A stretch of DNA of 64,000 nt from Octopus sinensis (Eukaryota): NCBI RefSeq assembly GCF_006345805.1, contig NC_043003.1, positions 7,750,001 through 7,814,000 of the forward strand, read 5' to 3'. The notes under the pieces are model-generated. The model searched no databases and had not been told where the DNA came from. It worked only from the letters and a program-made list of their open reading frames with translations. Positions 50,860 to 64,000 of this stretch are shown here, one piece after another; the stretch's first letter is position 1; every line of letters begins with the position of its first letter. A program made the translations under genes and the position numbers.

Positions 50860-51635
50860 CGATTGGAAGCAAAAGAAGACAAGGTTATCAATGACCTGAA
50901 TAGACATTCGCAAGTCCTATGATATGATGCCGCATCCGTTGATCAGGGAATGCTTGTAAATGTTTGGCATCGCTAAGAATTTCAGAAACTTTTCTTGGAA
51001 AAGGCATAGAAAGTTAGAAGAGAGACCTCACATCATAAACACCGAAACAGGAGCGTTAAAAATAAAGAGACGTATTTTTTCAAGGAGACTGTCCCCTTTA
51101 CTGCTTCTCTTATAAATGAATCCCTTAACATTGCTGATGAGTAAAGTACCATCTGGATATGAGTTTAAAGGAGAACAGCAAAATATCAGCCATCTGTTAT
51201 TTATGGATGATCTCAAGCTGTTTGGTAAGAACGAAGCTCAAACCAGTTCCTTACTGAGCACAGTTCATTGTTTTAGCAAGGACATGAGGATGGAATTTGG
51301 TCTGGAAAATGTGGAGTAATATTCCTGACAAGAGGGAAAGTCAACAGGCTTGAAGGTATAGAATTGTTATCAGGGAAAATTATGAAAAGGATAGACAATA
51401 CTGTGTATAAATACTTGGGCCTATTGAAGGTAAATGAAGGGAAGGAAAAGATAAAGAAAGGCTTGGCACAAGAGTATCTCTGAAGAGTTAGACTAGTGCT
51501 ACAATCAATACATAGCATTATCGAGGTCTGGTGAAGGTATTATCAATTGGCGGAAAGAAGAGTAAAAGAGGCTAAGCGGGAAATCGAGAAAACTACTCAG
51601 AGTGCAAAGAGCATTCCAGCCCAAAAGAGCAGCCA
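50860..51635 (+). pseudogene. R4/Dong LINE reverse transcriptase fragment
   Basis: YDMMPH, QGD, ISHLLFMDDLKLFGKNE, MEFGLE, YKYLG. Confidence 0.88.
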
Positions 51636-52454
51636 TGTTGTCAATATTGTTCTCTTACGTAAAATGCTCGGCGAGTTCCGTTGAAATAGTGTTGCTGTAC
51701 CTGACGTCATACCAATGGCGATTAAATGTTTTATTTAATGTTCCTGTTGTGCAATGAACATAAACCAAGTTGTTTAGTGCTTTCAGCTGCGCACACAAAC
51801 GAAAATTGTTGCAGACGCCACCTTCTGTATAAATGATATAATTTCTGTTCTGATTAGTGGTGGAATTGACTTTACTCATGTTATATAATGAACAGAGCTT
51901 ACTTCTCTTACGACTGCCTTTAGGGGCACAACGTTCATAAATTCCAGTGGGGTTTTAATCCGGATTAGAGATAACTGGCAAGTAGTTGTCTTGCATATTT
52001 ATTAGGTCTGAAGGTTACAATAACATTTTGGAGTATTATTATATATTTTGATAATATTAACCGAGTTTGTAGGATGTGCTTTACCTTGGGGTCAAATGTC
52101 ATTTTGAGGGGCTAATTACTAATTACTAATTTGGTTTCTGTTGTTCCTTATATTGGTGAAGTTTTAGATTATTGGATTTGAGGAAGGTTTTCTGTTGATA
52201 ATACAACTTTAAGTCGATTTTTTTATTTTCATTTTTTGTTTTTTTTTATTATTGGAGGTTTAGTAATTTTACATTTTTTATTTTTACATGAAGGAGGCTC
52301 AAGTAATCCGTTGGGATTGAATAAAGATTTAGATAAAATTCCTTTTAATCGAGAACACTTTTGTGAAATATTTTAGGTGACTTCCATTCAACGCTTTTGA
52401 AATAGCAACAATGTTTCGATACCAGAAAGCTCTCAATACGTCCCAGGGAAATAA

Positions 52455-52620
52455 TCATTTCTATTATAGGCACAAGGCCTGAAATTTTGGGGGAGGAGAC
52501 GAGTCGATTACATCGACCCCAGTATTTCGCTGGTACTTAATTTATCGACCCCGAAAGGATGAAAGGTAAAGTCGACCTCGGCGGAATTTGAATTCAGACC
52601 GTAGCGACAGGCGAAATACC
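52455..52620 (-). mobile_element. SINE family C with the second tail type
   Basis: Core plus ...CCCCCAAAATTTCAGGCCTTGTGCCTATAATAGAAATGATTATT on the minus strand. Confidence 0.85.
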
Positions 52621-53202
52621 CCAAGGAAATAATGCTAGAACTGGACTTGCTGGGATGCGATCTCAGAAACATAATCGTAACGCATGAACTTTTTTGAGTT
52701 CGTCATTTTAGCATTCCATTGATTGTTTAGTAATTAACCCCACTAACGACTGATTTTAATTTATATTTCACAGCGGAGATGGAAGTTGTGACGTTCATGC
52801 TTTTTTTTTTCTATCGGTGCATTAAGAGCGGAAGCGAGTTGCATTAGTGGTGAATTAAATGAACGTTGTTACGGTTGTTGTGGTTGTTGTTGGATTACTT
52901 AGGTGATGTTTGGCGGTGAAAAGTGATGTGACATAGATGGGAGGAGGTGGAAGAGGAGGAGGAGGATGAGGAGGAAGAAGAAAAAGAAATAAGGAGATGT
53001 CGGAGAAAAGAAGAAAAAGAAGAAAGAAAGAAAACAACGTAGGAGAAAAAAGAAGAAAAAGAAAAGAAAAGAAAGACGAACAGAGAAAGAAGAAGAAGAA
53101 GAAACTATGGTGATGATCATGATTACAGTCATGGCAATGGTGATGGTAACAGTGGAGGCGGGGGATGCGCAGAATAGAGTTTTGGCAGTGTTGGTTTGAT
53201 GA

Positions 53203-53306
53203 ACGAGAAATAATGTATCATGCTGAAGGACACAACGTGTCGCCGGGAATCGATCTCACGATCCTACGATCGTTAGCTAAATACACTAACCACTAAGCCA
53301 CGCGCC
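53203..53306 (-). mobile_element. SINE family D head
   Basis: Minus strand GGCGCGTGGCTTAGTGGTTAG...GATCGATTCCCGGCGAC..GTGTCCTT. Confidence 0.7.
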
Positions 53307-53399
53307 GTCTCGTGTAAATACAGTGAAAGCAGAGAACAGAGATTGTGAAAGTGAAAGTAGGAAAAACGGAGACGAGGAAGGAATCGCCATAAAGAAATT

Positions 53400-54200
53400 G
53401 AAGTCGGCAAGACAGAAAAATCAGGGAGAGAGGAGGGAGGAGAAAATAAGAGAGAGAGATTTTGAAAGGAAGAGGCGGAGAGGTGGAGAGGATGGGGGAG
53501 AGATCGTGATGAAGAAGAAAAAGTGAAGAAGATTGGGAAAGAGAGATGGAGAGAGAATAGAAAAGGCACATAGAGAGAAGAAGAAGAAGAAGAAGAAGAA
53601 GAAGGAACGAAGAAGAAGAAGAAGGAACGAAGAAGAAGAAGTACGAAGAAGAAGATAAGAAGAGGAACGAGAAGAAGAACTGAACAAAGAGAAGAAAAGA
53701 AGAAGAAGAATAAGAAGAAGAAGAAGAGAATAAGAAGTAACTAATAAGTAGAAGAATAAGAAGAAAGAAGAAGAAGAACGAGAAGAGGAAAAGACAAAGA
53801 ATAAGAAGAAGAATAAGAAATAATAAGAAGAAGAAAAGAATAATAAGGAACAAGAATAATAAGAAGAAGAACGAATAAGAAAGAATAAGAAGAAAGAACG
53901 AAGAAGAAGAGAAGAAGAAGAAAGTACTAAGCGAAAAAGAAGAAGAAGAAGGACGAAGAAGAAGAGAAAGAAGGAATAAGAAGGAACGAAGAGAAGAGAA
54001 GAATAAGAATAATAAGAAGAAGAATAAGAAGAAGAAGAAAGAAGAAGAAGAGAAAAGAAGAAATGAAGAGGAGGAGAAATAAAGAGAACGGACAGACAGA
54101 GAGAGGAGGGAGACAACGAGATGAAAGGATGAAAGTAAAGAAGACCAAAAAAGTGAGAGAGAGAGAGAGAAGCAACAACTCCCGGCAGAATAAAAGAAGA
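53400..54200. repeat. GAA-rich polypurine tract
   Basis: Direct reading. Confidence 0.93.
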
Positions 54201-54279
54201 GAAATGTTGTGGGAGTGAGAGAGTATTACGGTAGCTTAAAGATGGGGGGGGAGTGGTAATCATTGTTATCGTCACATAT

Positions 54280-54872
54280 CACCACCATCACCACCACCAC
54301 CACCACCACCACCCCGACCAATACCAACATCATCATCATCATCAATAGCAGCATCACCAGCATCGGCAACACTAGCAGCAGCATCGTCGTCGTTATACAT
54401 ACCTTTACCACGGTCGGCAAAAATCATAATCATAGTCATCGTCATCATTGTCATCGTCGGCAGCGGCGGCGGCGGCGTCATCATCATCATCATCATCATG
54501 ATCGTCATCATCATTTTCGTCATCAACATTATCGTCACCATCGTCGCCATCGTCTCGCCATCATCGTCATCGTCATCGTCGTCGTTGTCATCATCATCAT
54601 CATCATTATTGCCACCATCATCATCCTCATCATCACCGTCGCCATCGTCTCGTCATCATCGTCGTCGTCGTCGTTGTCATCATCATCATCATCATTATTG
54701 CCACCATCATCATCCTCATCATCACCGTCGCCGTTGTCTCGTCATCATTGTCGTCGTCTTCACAGCCGTCGTCGTCGTCATCATCGGCGTCGTCATCATC
54801 ATCATCATCATCATCATCGTCGTCATCATCATAGTCGTCGTCATCGTCGTCATCATCATCATCATCATCTCC

Positions 54873-54917
<45 letters not shown>

Positions 54918-55049
54918 GTCATCACCATCATCATCATCTCCTTCCTCATCATCTCCTTCATCATCATCATCATCATCATCATCATCGTCGTCATCACCAT
55001 CATCGTCGTCGTCATCATCATCATCATCATCTCCTTCCTCATCATCTCC

Positions 55050-55082
<33 letters not shown>

Positions 55083-55151
55083 GCCATCACCATCATCGTC
55101 GTCGTCATCATCATCATCATCATCTCCTTCATCATCATCATCATCATCTCC

Positions 55152-55190
<39 letters not shown>

Positions 55191-55331
55191 GTCATCATCA
55201 TCATCGTCATCACCATCATCATCATCTCCTTCCTCATCATCTCCTTCATCATCATCATCATCATCATCATCGTCATCACCATCATCGTCGTCGTCATCAT
55301 CATCATCATCATCTCCTTCCTCATCATCTCC

Positions 55332-55364
<33 letters not shown>

Positions 55365-55433
55365 GTCATCACCATCATCGTCGTCGTCATCATCATCATC
55401 ATCATCTCCTTCATCATCATCATCATCATCTCC

Positions 55434-55475
<42 letters not shown>

Positions 55476-55520
55476 TTCATCTTCATCGTCGTTGTCGTTG
55501 TCGTCGTCGTTCTCCCCGTC
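54280..55520. repeat. (CAT)n/(CGT)n microsatellite with higher-order repeats
   Basis: CTCCTTCCTCATCATCTCCTT marker recurs at ~54938, 55031, 55226 and 55313. Confidence 0.96.
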
Positions 55521-56042
55521 GTCATTGCTCTGCATGTTGTCGTCAATGCGGGAAGAGGAGGGGATCTCGTGTTCATCGTGATGGTTGCCATGGAGGAAAG
55601 GGACTGATGACACAAGCCTAACGCTGACGGTTGTAACAGTGGTGGTGTGGTGTTGTGGTGGTGGTTAGTGGTGAAGATGATGACAATGATAACATGATGA
55701 CGATGATGATGATGATGGGCTGGCCGGCGGTGGTGGCAGTTTTGTTGTGTGGTGCTGGTGGTGTGGTGTAGCGTGACGGTGGCGTTGATGGTGACGGCAG
55801 CGGCGGCGGTCGTAGTGGTTGTGGTGGTGGTGGTTATGGCGATAGTAGTGATAGTGCTGATGGTGGTGGTTGTGGTGGTGGTGGTGGTGGTGGTGGTGGT
55901 GAAATTGGTGAAGGTAGTGGCGGTGGCAGTGGTGCTTTGGGTAGATGGGGGGCGTTGGCTTAAAGTCATGGCAATGGTGATGTTAACAGTGGCGGCGGTG
56001 GCGTGCGGGGAATAGAGCTTTGGCAGTGGTGGTTTCACAAAC

Positions 56043-56226
56043 CTTTCTACCATAGGCACACGGCCTGAAATTCTTGGTGAGAGGGGCAAAGTCTTACATC
56101 GACCCCAGTGTACAGCTGGTACTTAGTTAATCGACCCTGAAAGGCTGAAGGCAAAGTTGCCCTCATCGGAATTGTGAACTCAAAACATAAGGACGGCTGA
56201 AATTCTGCTAAGCATTTTTCCCGGCG
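56043..56226 (-). mobile_element. SINE family C running into the gap
   Basis: Core and second tail type on the minus strand. Confidence 0.8.
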
Positions 56227-56326
56227 NNNNNNNNNNNNNNNNNNNNNNNNNNNNNNNNNNNNNNNNNNNNNNNNNNNNNNNNNNNNNNNNNNNNNNNNNN
56301 NNNNNNNNNNNNNNNNNNNNNNNNNN
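56227..56326. other. Assembly gap (100 N)
   Basis: N run. Confidence 0.99.
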
Positions 56327-56674
56327 CGAACGAATATCAATAAGTAACGAAACAATACTCGCCGAAAACTTATTAATTACATGATAATTAATGCGAAAAA
56401 CTAAATACACGTAAAACAATAAAGAACAAGGGGTGGAGGAGAGGGTGATGCTGCATGAATTCCGCCATTCGCCTTCATTGGACTGTAACGCATTTATAAA
56501 AGCTGAATATTGTTGCTTTGTAAGATATATTTCAATCATTTTTATCAAATTAATTTCTAGAAGCCTAATGCTCTGTTGGGTGATGTATTAGATTAACAAC
56601 TCGTGTCTCATGAATTCATATCTGTGGCCTGATTTAAGTAGCGTGTCAGAGCAGCCGAACATTTAATGGTGCAC

Positions 56675-57015
56675 AGGCGCATGCGTGGCTGTGTGGTACG
56701 CAGTTTGGTTCATGGTTCATTCTCACTGCGTGGCTTCTTGGGTAAGTGTCTTCTACAATAGCCTTGGGCTAGCCAAAACCTAGTGAGTGGATGGAAACTG
56801 AAAGAAGCGCATCGTATACATGTGTAGATATGTGTGTGTGTGTGTCTTTTGTCTGTGTTTGTCCTCCACTTGACAACCGATATTAGTGCGTTTACATCCC
56901 CGTAGCCTAGCGGTTCGGCAAAAGAGACGGCAGAATAAGTACGAGACTTCGGTCGAATAACATTTTTCGAAGCGATGCCCCAGGGTGGGCGCTGTCTAAT
57001 GACTTAGATAAAACA
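56675..57015 (+). mobile_element. SINE family A, degenerate
   Basis: GGCGCATGCGTGGCTGTGTGGTA..CTTGGGTAAGTGTCTTCTAC..GCGGTTCGGCAAAAGAGAC. Confidence 0.8.
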
Positions 57016-57362
57016 GACCTCACTTCATCCTCTCTCATGTTTTATTTTATCTTTTTGTGCTTGTTTTACCTCATTGATCTGCGGCCATGCTAGAGCATTA
57101 CGTTTTAGTCGACCAAATCTAACGCAGTATTTACGTTTTATTTCTTTGTAAATACTGGTTCTTACTCTATCCTTCTTTTTTGGTGGACCATTGGGATAAG
57201 GGGTTAAAAATGAACCAACACCGGGTAAGTGGTGGTAGTGAAGTAATAAAGACAAACACAATGACACACAGACATACACATACACTCACATCAATCTATC
57301 AAGATTTTGCGTGTATATAGATAGACAGTCAGACAGACAGGGAGGCAAGCAGACAAGCAGGC

Positions 57363-57397
<35 letters not shown>

Positions 57398-57402
57398 TAG
57401 GT

Positions 57403-57480
<78 letters not shown>

Positions 57481-57484
57481 GTAT

Positions 57485-57640
57485 AAATCTGTTTTATTCC
57501 CTTCTTAATCCTCTCTGTCGAAGAGCGTAGGCTCGAAACGTAAAAGACTTTTCCATTCTTTATGAGCGTTAAACTAATACACATGCTTGTTGTTTTTACA
57601 CTTAACCGCATCTTTTGTTTTCTATTAATTTGAACTATAT
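57485..57640 (+). mobile_element. Penelope-type 3' end with a hammerhead-like motif, between (GATA)n and (TA)n
   Basis: TCGAAGAGC-GTAG-GCTC-GAAAC-GTA at ~57518-57542 (stem II plus GAAAC; 5' core deviates from CUGANGA). Confidence 0.55.
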
Positions 57641-57659
57641 ATATATACATATATATATT

Positions 57660-57957
57660 GGTGATGCTGTGGCTAAGAACCTTGCTTTGCAACAACATGA
57701 TTCCGGGTTCAGTCTCATTGCGGTTTCTTCTGCAAGTGTGTTATACAACAGCTTTGGGCCGACCAATAATTTACGAGTGAATTATATCTGTCTGTCTGTG
57801 TGTGTGTCTGAGCGTGTGTAATTTCGTCTCCCGAATTCACTCGCAAACTATTGGTCGGCCCAGAGCTGTAGTATAACACACTTGCACAAGAAACCGCAAT
57901 GGGACTGAACTCGGAACCATGTTGTTGCAAAGCAAGGTTCTTAGCCACAGCGTCACC
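57660..57957. repeat. Inverted duplication of a SINE A head (124-bp arms, 50-bp loop)
   Basis: 57660-57783 is the reverse complement of 57834-57957. Confidence 0.9.
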
Positions 57958-58553
57958 TACGCCTAATTCTCCACTATCAAAGGATTATGAAATAAAAGCC
58001 GTAATAGAATTCAAGGCAACCAACCAATCAGCTCTTTATACCAACGAATTATGTATTAAGCTCCATTCTTCGCACAATCTTTTAGGATTTGATTGGAAAT
58101 TTTACCATTTATTAAATATGCCAGTTATTAACTTAATTTACTGGAATCGATGAATTTGAAAATAACCTCAGGTATTTCGGAAGTGGTTAGTCAATCAACG
58201 TCGAATTGTAATTCGTGAATAGAATGAGATATATTGCTAATTTTTCAAATTGTCGTTTGGGGAAGACTTTAGAGAAATATTTCCTGAACTGGAGTACTTT
58301 GCTTAGTGTGTGTCTCCTGGCATGGTTGCGTCTTTAAGAAGTTCGCTTTGAAACGACGAGGTTACGGTTTCATTCCCACTGCGCGCATCTGAAGCAAGCG
58401 TCTTCTACTATAATTACAGGCTGATCAAGGTTTTTGAGATGAAGTTGGTAGACGTTAGACTCTGTTAGATGTCCAAAACTCACACACACACAGTATATAT
58501 ATATATATATATATGTATAATTATATATATATATAATAATGAATCATAAATAA

Positions 58554-58594
<41 letters not shown>

Positions 58595-58764
58595 TACATA
58601 TATGGGTAAGAGAACGTGAAAACTAAACATGAGAGTCCACACCTTACTGCATCACCTTACTCCACTTTTTCTGATTCTGGGCTCTCTTTTCTGATTCACC
58701 CCAGTTGTATTCCTAATTTTTCATCTTGCCTTTGTATCAATGTGTTTTGTTGTTTGTTCCTTCT

Positions 58765-59032
58765 CGAGCCACGCTTGGGTCATAAGGGCCGGTTTCCCGG
58801 TTTCCTTGGCGTATAGGTCAATCCGTCGCAGGTGAGCTGCAAGATGCAGGAGGAAAGAGTGAGAGAAAGTTGTGGCGAAAGAGTCAGCAGAAGTTCGCCA
58901 TTATCTTCTGCCGGAGCCGCGTGGAGCTTAGTGTGTTTCGCTCATAAACACACACATCGCCTGGTCTGAGATTCGAACCCGCGATCCCTCGACCGCGATC
59001 CGCTGCTCTAACCACTAGGCCATGTGCCTCCG
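58765..59032 (-). mobile_element. SINE family B-related variant with a different 3' part
   Basis: Minus strand GGAGGCACATGGCCTAGTGGTTAGAGCAGCGG..GGTTCGAATCTCAGACC..TTTATGAGCGAAACAC. Confidence 0.8.
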
Positions 59033-61029
59033 CTGCCTTTGTATCATACTTCCAGTTATTTTAATGACATCCTCGCTTACACACACTCTCCCCTTATAGT
59101 TTATGTCTCTCTAAGGGAAACCTTTCTCTCCTAGATCCTGTTGATCTTGAAGTGACATCAATGCTTCTGTAACTTTCCTTATTTACCAGATAAGTTTATT
59201 GGTCCTGTGCAAACCTATTTTGCGTCTGGTTTGAGGTGATCTATATTAGTCTGGTCCTTATCCTGTGACCTCTCTATCATGGCAAGCCCTGACATGAGCT
59301 TGCGATTTGTTGGCATAGATCACAGGGTCATTGAGGCACAGAAGGGCTTGACTTTGTGGTGAAAACTAATTGTTAGGACTCTGCAGATCTGAAACTTTTC
59401 AATTCTATATAGAATGTTATTATAAAAATATTCAGTAGTGTTATCAAGTCTATAAAGAGAAGATACGGTTGATTAGCTTGTAAGACTAAATGATTTAAGC
59501 TAACAGGCTGGAAGGCTGCAAATTTTAGATAAAATCTCTCAGTTAGAATCAAAAGTTTTCCTTATTATTTATGAAACAGAATGAAGTTGCACCATTAAAA
59601 AAATCTCTATTGAAATCAGTAAACCGTTCGCATCACAGATATTTTCTACCAGCTCTGTCTGTCTGTCTCTCTTTCTCTCTCCCTCACTCTCTCTCTCTCG
59701 CTTTCTATTTCTATCTCTCTATCTCTCTCCCTCTCTTTAAATACTCTAATTAAAGGGAACCTGAACCAAAACAATTCGTAACAATATAAAAATAGCAACA
59801 ACAATGGTGATATAGAGATATTAACGTGTTCAAAACAGAAAGTCTTATTACAAAAATGTTTCATCATAACCTCTTGATCGATTTTATTTCTCCTGTTTTG
59901 ATGTCTTATTTAACAAAAACATCAGAACTCACTCACTCACCCCTTCCACAAGAAACACCGCTTTTCTTATCTCATTAGTAATTATCGATTGTCTTTTCGA
60001 CGAGGTACTAATCCAATTGTCAGTATGTGGGGGTAGTTCATTCGGTGTACTATTACCTATTGTCCTTGAATGGATGACAGCCAAGCAAGCCTGGTAAAGT
60101 TTAAAACTAAACGAAATATTTAAGGAAAGTAAAGCGGCCTCAGATATCTCTATTGCGAGTAAACTTCACTTCAGCAGAGAATAGCGAGGAAATAAAATAT
60201 AGCTTCTTAATATTAACTGCTTGATGGGCCACCGCATTTCGTTGACTTATAAAACTTTAATATACTTTATAGTATGTTATGGTCGCAAACGAAATACAGT
60301 GTCCCTGCAGGCAACTATTATGTACATAGAAGTTGCCAGAAACATGTTTAATACGTAAATTGGTGGATCCAGTTGTTACATCGCTAAATCTGACGGATAT
60401 TTTGGCAATGTGTTCAGGGATGATTGATGAGCTGGGTGTGGTGCTGAAAAGAGAGCAATAATTCCTGAAATACGCATATACACACATTACTTATTTTTCT
60501 GTCATCGATCGCATACGTATACGAAACGTCGCAAATTATCAGTGATGACTAATTTATATAGGAAATCTGTAAAGATAACTTTAAAAAGTTTCTTGATAGT
60601 ACCTCACCCCGTTTTTGAACTGATAATGACAGCTTAGTACATCTACACACACATCTTTTTATTTACTTTTTATCAAAGATGTTGAACGCTGAAGAAAAGA
60701 AATAATGTATTTCCGAATCGAATATTACTCTACTTAAGTAGTTAATACAATCGAAGAAAGGGCTTTATTTTATCTCTTCTATAGTTGTAAGGACTTGAAT
60801 ATCGGGTAGTTCATTTACTGCTGATAGAGTCATTGTAGGGTCTGATAAATTATGTAATATTTAGCTATAGGCACATATATGGCTGTGTGGTTAGGAAACT
60901 TGCTTTACAACCACGTGGTTTCAGGTTCAGTCTCTTTGCTCGGAAACTTGAGTGTCTACCATATAGCCCCTGGTTGACTAATACCTTGTCACTGAATTTA
61001 GTAGGCGGAAAATAATATGTTATAATAAT

Positions 61030-61638
61030 GGTTTCAAATTTTACCACAGGGCAGCCATTTTGGAAGAAAGGGATGAGTCGATTACATCGACCCAAGTGTT
61101 CAACTGGTACTTCCACTACGGTGGAATTTGAACTCAGAACGTAGCGACGGGCGAAATACCTATTTCTTTACTACCCACAAGGGTTAAACACAGAGGGGAC
61201 AAACAAGGACAGACAAACGGATTAAGCCGATTATATCGACCCCAATGCGTAACTGGTACTTATTTGATGAAACTGGTACTTATTAGATGAAAGACAAAGT
61301 CGACCTCGGCGGAATTTGAACTCAGAACGTAGCGGCAGACGTAATACCACTCAACATTTCGCCCGGCGTGCTAACGTTTCTGCCAGCACGCCGCCCTACA
61401 ATATATATTTCTTTACTACCCACAAGGGGCTAAACACAGAGAGGACAAACAAGGACAGACAAACGGATTAAGTCGATTATATCGTCTCCTGTGCTCAACT
61501 GGTAATTATTTTATCGACCCCGAAATGATAAAATGCAAAATTGACCCAGGCGGTATTTGAACTCAGATCGTAAAGATGAACGAAATGTCCTCTAAGTATC
61601 TTGCCTAGCGCGTTAACGATTCTACCAGCTCGCACCTT
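61030..61638 (-). mobile_element. SINE family C array, three units
   Basis: Heads end at ~61637 and ~61396; tail-to-GGTATTTCG junction at ~61157-61170. Confidence 0.85.
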
Positions 61639-62208
61639 AAATGTGTAATTGTGTTACCACTCGATAGTATTTGCCGTTTGAATTGTGTTAGTGGTTGATG
61701 CGGCAATGATTTGAAGAACGATTGCGATAGTGGTGGAGACAGGAAGGATGGTGTTCATCGTAGTGGCTACGGCTGCGGCTGCAGCGGCGGCGGCAGGGGT
61801 CGTGGTCGTGGCAGTGGTGAGGTTGTTGCTAGTACTTGCAGGGATTGTTACTTAATTTTAAAAGGAACAAACAGAAAATGGTTAATTTTATTTTCGGAAG
61901 TCGCTAATACATCAATAGCGATAGTAAAAAAAAAAAACGCAAAATATATCAAAAGATTTTTATCTTCATAGTTATTATTTTCTTCTTTCTTTTTTTTTTG
62001 TGATTGATTTTATTTTATTTATTTATTTATTTTGTTAATGTTGATAATATTGATCGCGTTGTTGTTGCTGCTTTCATTTTTTTTTCGCGTTCTTTAGATG
62101 TGAATGAAAACAGAAATAGATCATATAAGTTCACAGCAATATCTATTTATCTTAAGTCCGCTCTCTCTCCCGCTCTTTCACTCTCACTCTATCACACACA
62201 CACACACC

Positions 62209-62209
<1 letters not shown>

Positions 62210-62242
<33 letters not shown>

Positions 62243-62246
62243 ATAT

Positions 62247-62301
<55 letters not shown>

Positions 62302-62378
62302 TACAGACAGACAGATAGATAGATAGATAGACGAACAGACAGATGGACACACTCACACACACACACACACACACACAT

Positions 62379-62413
<35 letters not shown>

Positions 62414-62418
62414 TATAT
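62210..62418. repeat. TA/TG/(GATA)n/CA microsatellite at the Tx1 3' junction
   Basis: Direct reading. Confidence 0.95.
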
Positions 62419-64000
62419 GTTTCTTTATTAGCCACACAGGGCTGCACACAGATAGAACAAATTACAAGGTAGAGCTTTTCTTTTGAAGGTTAAAAAAAAA
62501 AAAAAAAAAAAAAAGGAAGGGGGAGTTTCGATCAAAAGGGATCGTAAAAGGAGAGAAAGAGGACAAAAAAAGGGGGGTTAAAAAAAAAAAAAAAAAAAAG
62601 GGGGAGAGGAAAAAAAATGATCAATAGGGATCGTTATCACAGAAATGTCAATATGAAGTGTAAAGGGGAGGACAGGTGAGGTTACCCGTGGAAAGAAAAG
62701 CCTACGGAAAAGACACGGTAACCTCGGTCAATGAAGTCACATTTTATATTTCTTTTTTTTTTTTTTTTTTTTTGCAAATAAGCAACTCTCTGTTTTCGAT
62801 TTCTGGGTTCATAGGACTATGCTCAAGGTGGCTTCGTCATTCATACGTGCCATTCTTGCTACATTCACCACTTTTTTTAAAACATTCGCTAGACAAACTT
62901 CCTTTCTCAACTTTCCCGGTACTTGAAGAAGTTGATGAGAGATTGACCAGAGAGGAAAGTGTTTGTCTCCAATCCTTTCAGACGCGTCCACCAGATACAT
63001 TCTTTCGCCATAGCCACAAGGATGATGAAAATAGCTCTTCCTTCCCGTTTGAAGGAAGGAGGCGTGACAATATTGACGATAGACTCAGCTGATAAACCGA
63101 CTCGTCCCACACGTGACAGCAGTTGTTCGACATAAGCCCACAGGTCGGAAATTGTTGGACACTGAACGAGTGCGTGCAGAACGGTTTCGTCGCTCTGACC
63201 GCATCTCGGGCAGGTCGGCCCCGTTTCTCGAGCCATGTCTGTAGAGCTTATCCGAACGGGTAGCGCTTCTCGGTAGCACTGCCAGGCCAGGGATCTCTGG
63301 AAGTTGTCCATGGGCCCTGGCCCGAAAGTCGTCCCGAACAGGCGGGTCAGGTACTCCTCGTCGACGTCCAGGTTCGCCCCGAGCTCGTCGTCGTACCTCC
63401 CCTCCACTAAACCCCTATAGAATGCTTTGGTTGTGTTGAAGTCACTTAAGGTCGACCCAGGACGGCAGAGTTGCTTGAGAGCAACGCGACACTCGCGGTG
63501 CCATTCGCCCTTCCTCGGCCTCTTTTGATCCACGACTGCAATTCGGTCATGGAGACGAGCTGCGGGAAAGCGTGCCTCACAAACGGCGACCACACCTGTT
63601 CACCGTCGTCTACATAGAGCCAGAGATGTCGCAGTCTCAGCGCGTGTCTGCGCATCATCAACCACGGCATGCCCAGCCCTCCTTTTAACGGGTGTTGACA
63701 GCAAATGGATCGCCTGACCATCGGGACGCATCCTTTCCACAAGAAGCGAAAGAGGATGCGTTGTAGTTTGGTGATGGTAGGGTCGGGACAAGGTACGACG
63801 GTCAGGCGGTAGTAGATGACGGACGCGATGTACGTGTTCGCCACCTCCGCTCGACCTTTTAGGGACAGTTTCCTCTCGGCCCATTGCCGGGCGAGAGTGA
63901 CCACCCTACTCGTTATCTCGTTCCAGTTCTTCTCCACTTGGAGGTCCGGACCAAACCAGACCCCGAGCAACTCAACCGGGCCGTCGGTCCAGCGTCCCAC
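62419..64000 (-). mobile_element. L1/Tx1-clade LINE 3' portion (RT C-terminus, zinc knuckle, 3' UTR); continues beyond the window
   Basis: LLGVWFG..W..RKLSLKGRAEVANTYIAS..P.KGGLGMP and CPRCGQSDETVLHALVQC; few frameshifts; GC/CpG-rich; T-rich UTR ending AATAAAGAAAC. Confidence 0.95.

Noticed and set aside
53293-56089. His-, Asp-, Ile- and Met-rich ORFs of 284-455 aa
   Set aside because: Open in several frames on both strands because (CAT)n and (GAA)n lack stops; no evidence of coding.
56047-56548. ORFs spanning the N run
   Set aside because: Artefacts of the assembly gap.

Overview
Eukaryotic, AT-rich, extremely microsatellite-dense DNA with no convincing intact host gene. The SINE families and repeat landscape look like a coleoid cephalopod, probably Octopus (inference from family recognition, not a database search). 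Almost all supplied ORFs are translations of simple repeats. Recognisable content: two decayed CR1-clade LINEs, a GC-rich L1/Tx1-clade LINE 3' end, several R4/Dong fragments, an RTE fragment, a Penelope-like GIY-YIG relic, mariner relics, a hAT-Charlie MITE with TSD, four non-autonomous Helitrons, at least four tRNA-derived SINE families (labelled A-D here), three minisatellites (33, 104 and ~24-26 bp units) and one 100-N gap. Most interesting signals: (1) a tRNA-headed SINE-like element ending in a minimal hammerhead-ribozyme/Penelope-type tail, whose head is inverted in one of two copies; (2) a SINE family whose tail matches the 3' end of the Tx1 LINE in this window, which swaps between two tails and forms tandem arrays with a fixed junction; (3) several unrelated fold-back palindromes sitting in (TA)n tracts; (4) chimeric and cargo-carrying Helitrons. 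Coordinates were read by eye and may be off by a few bases; boundaries of decayed elements are approximate.
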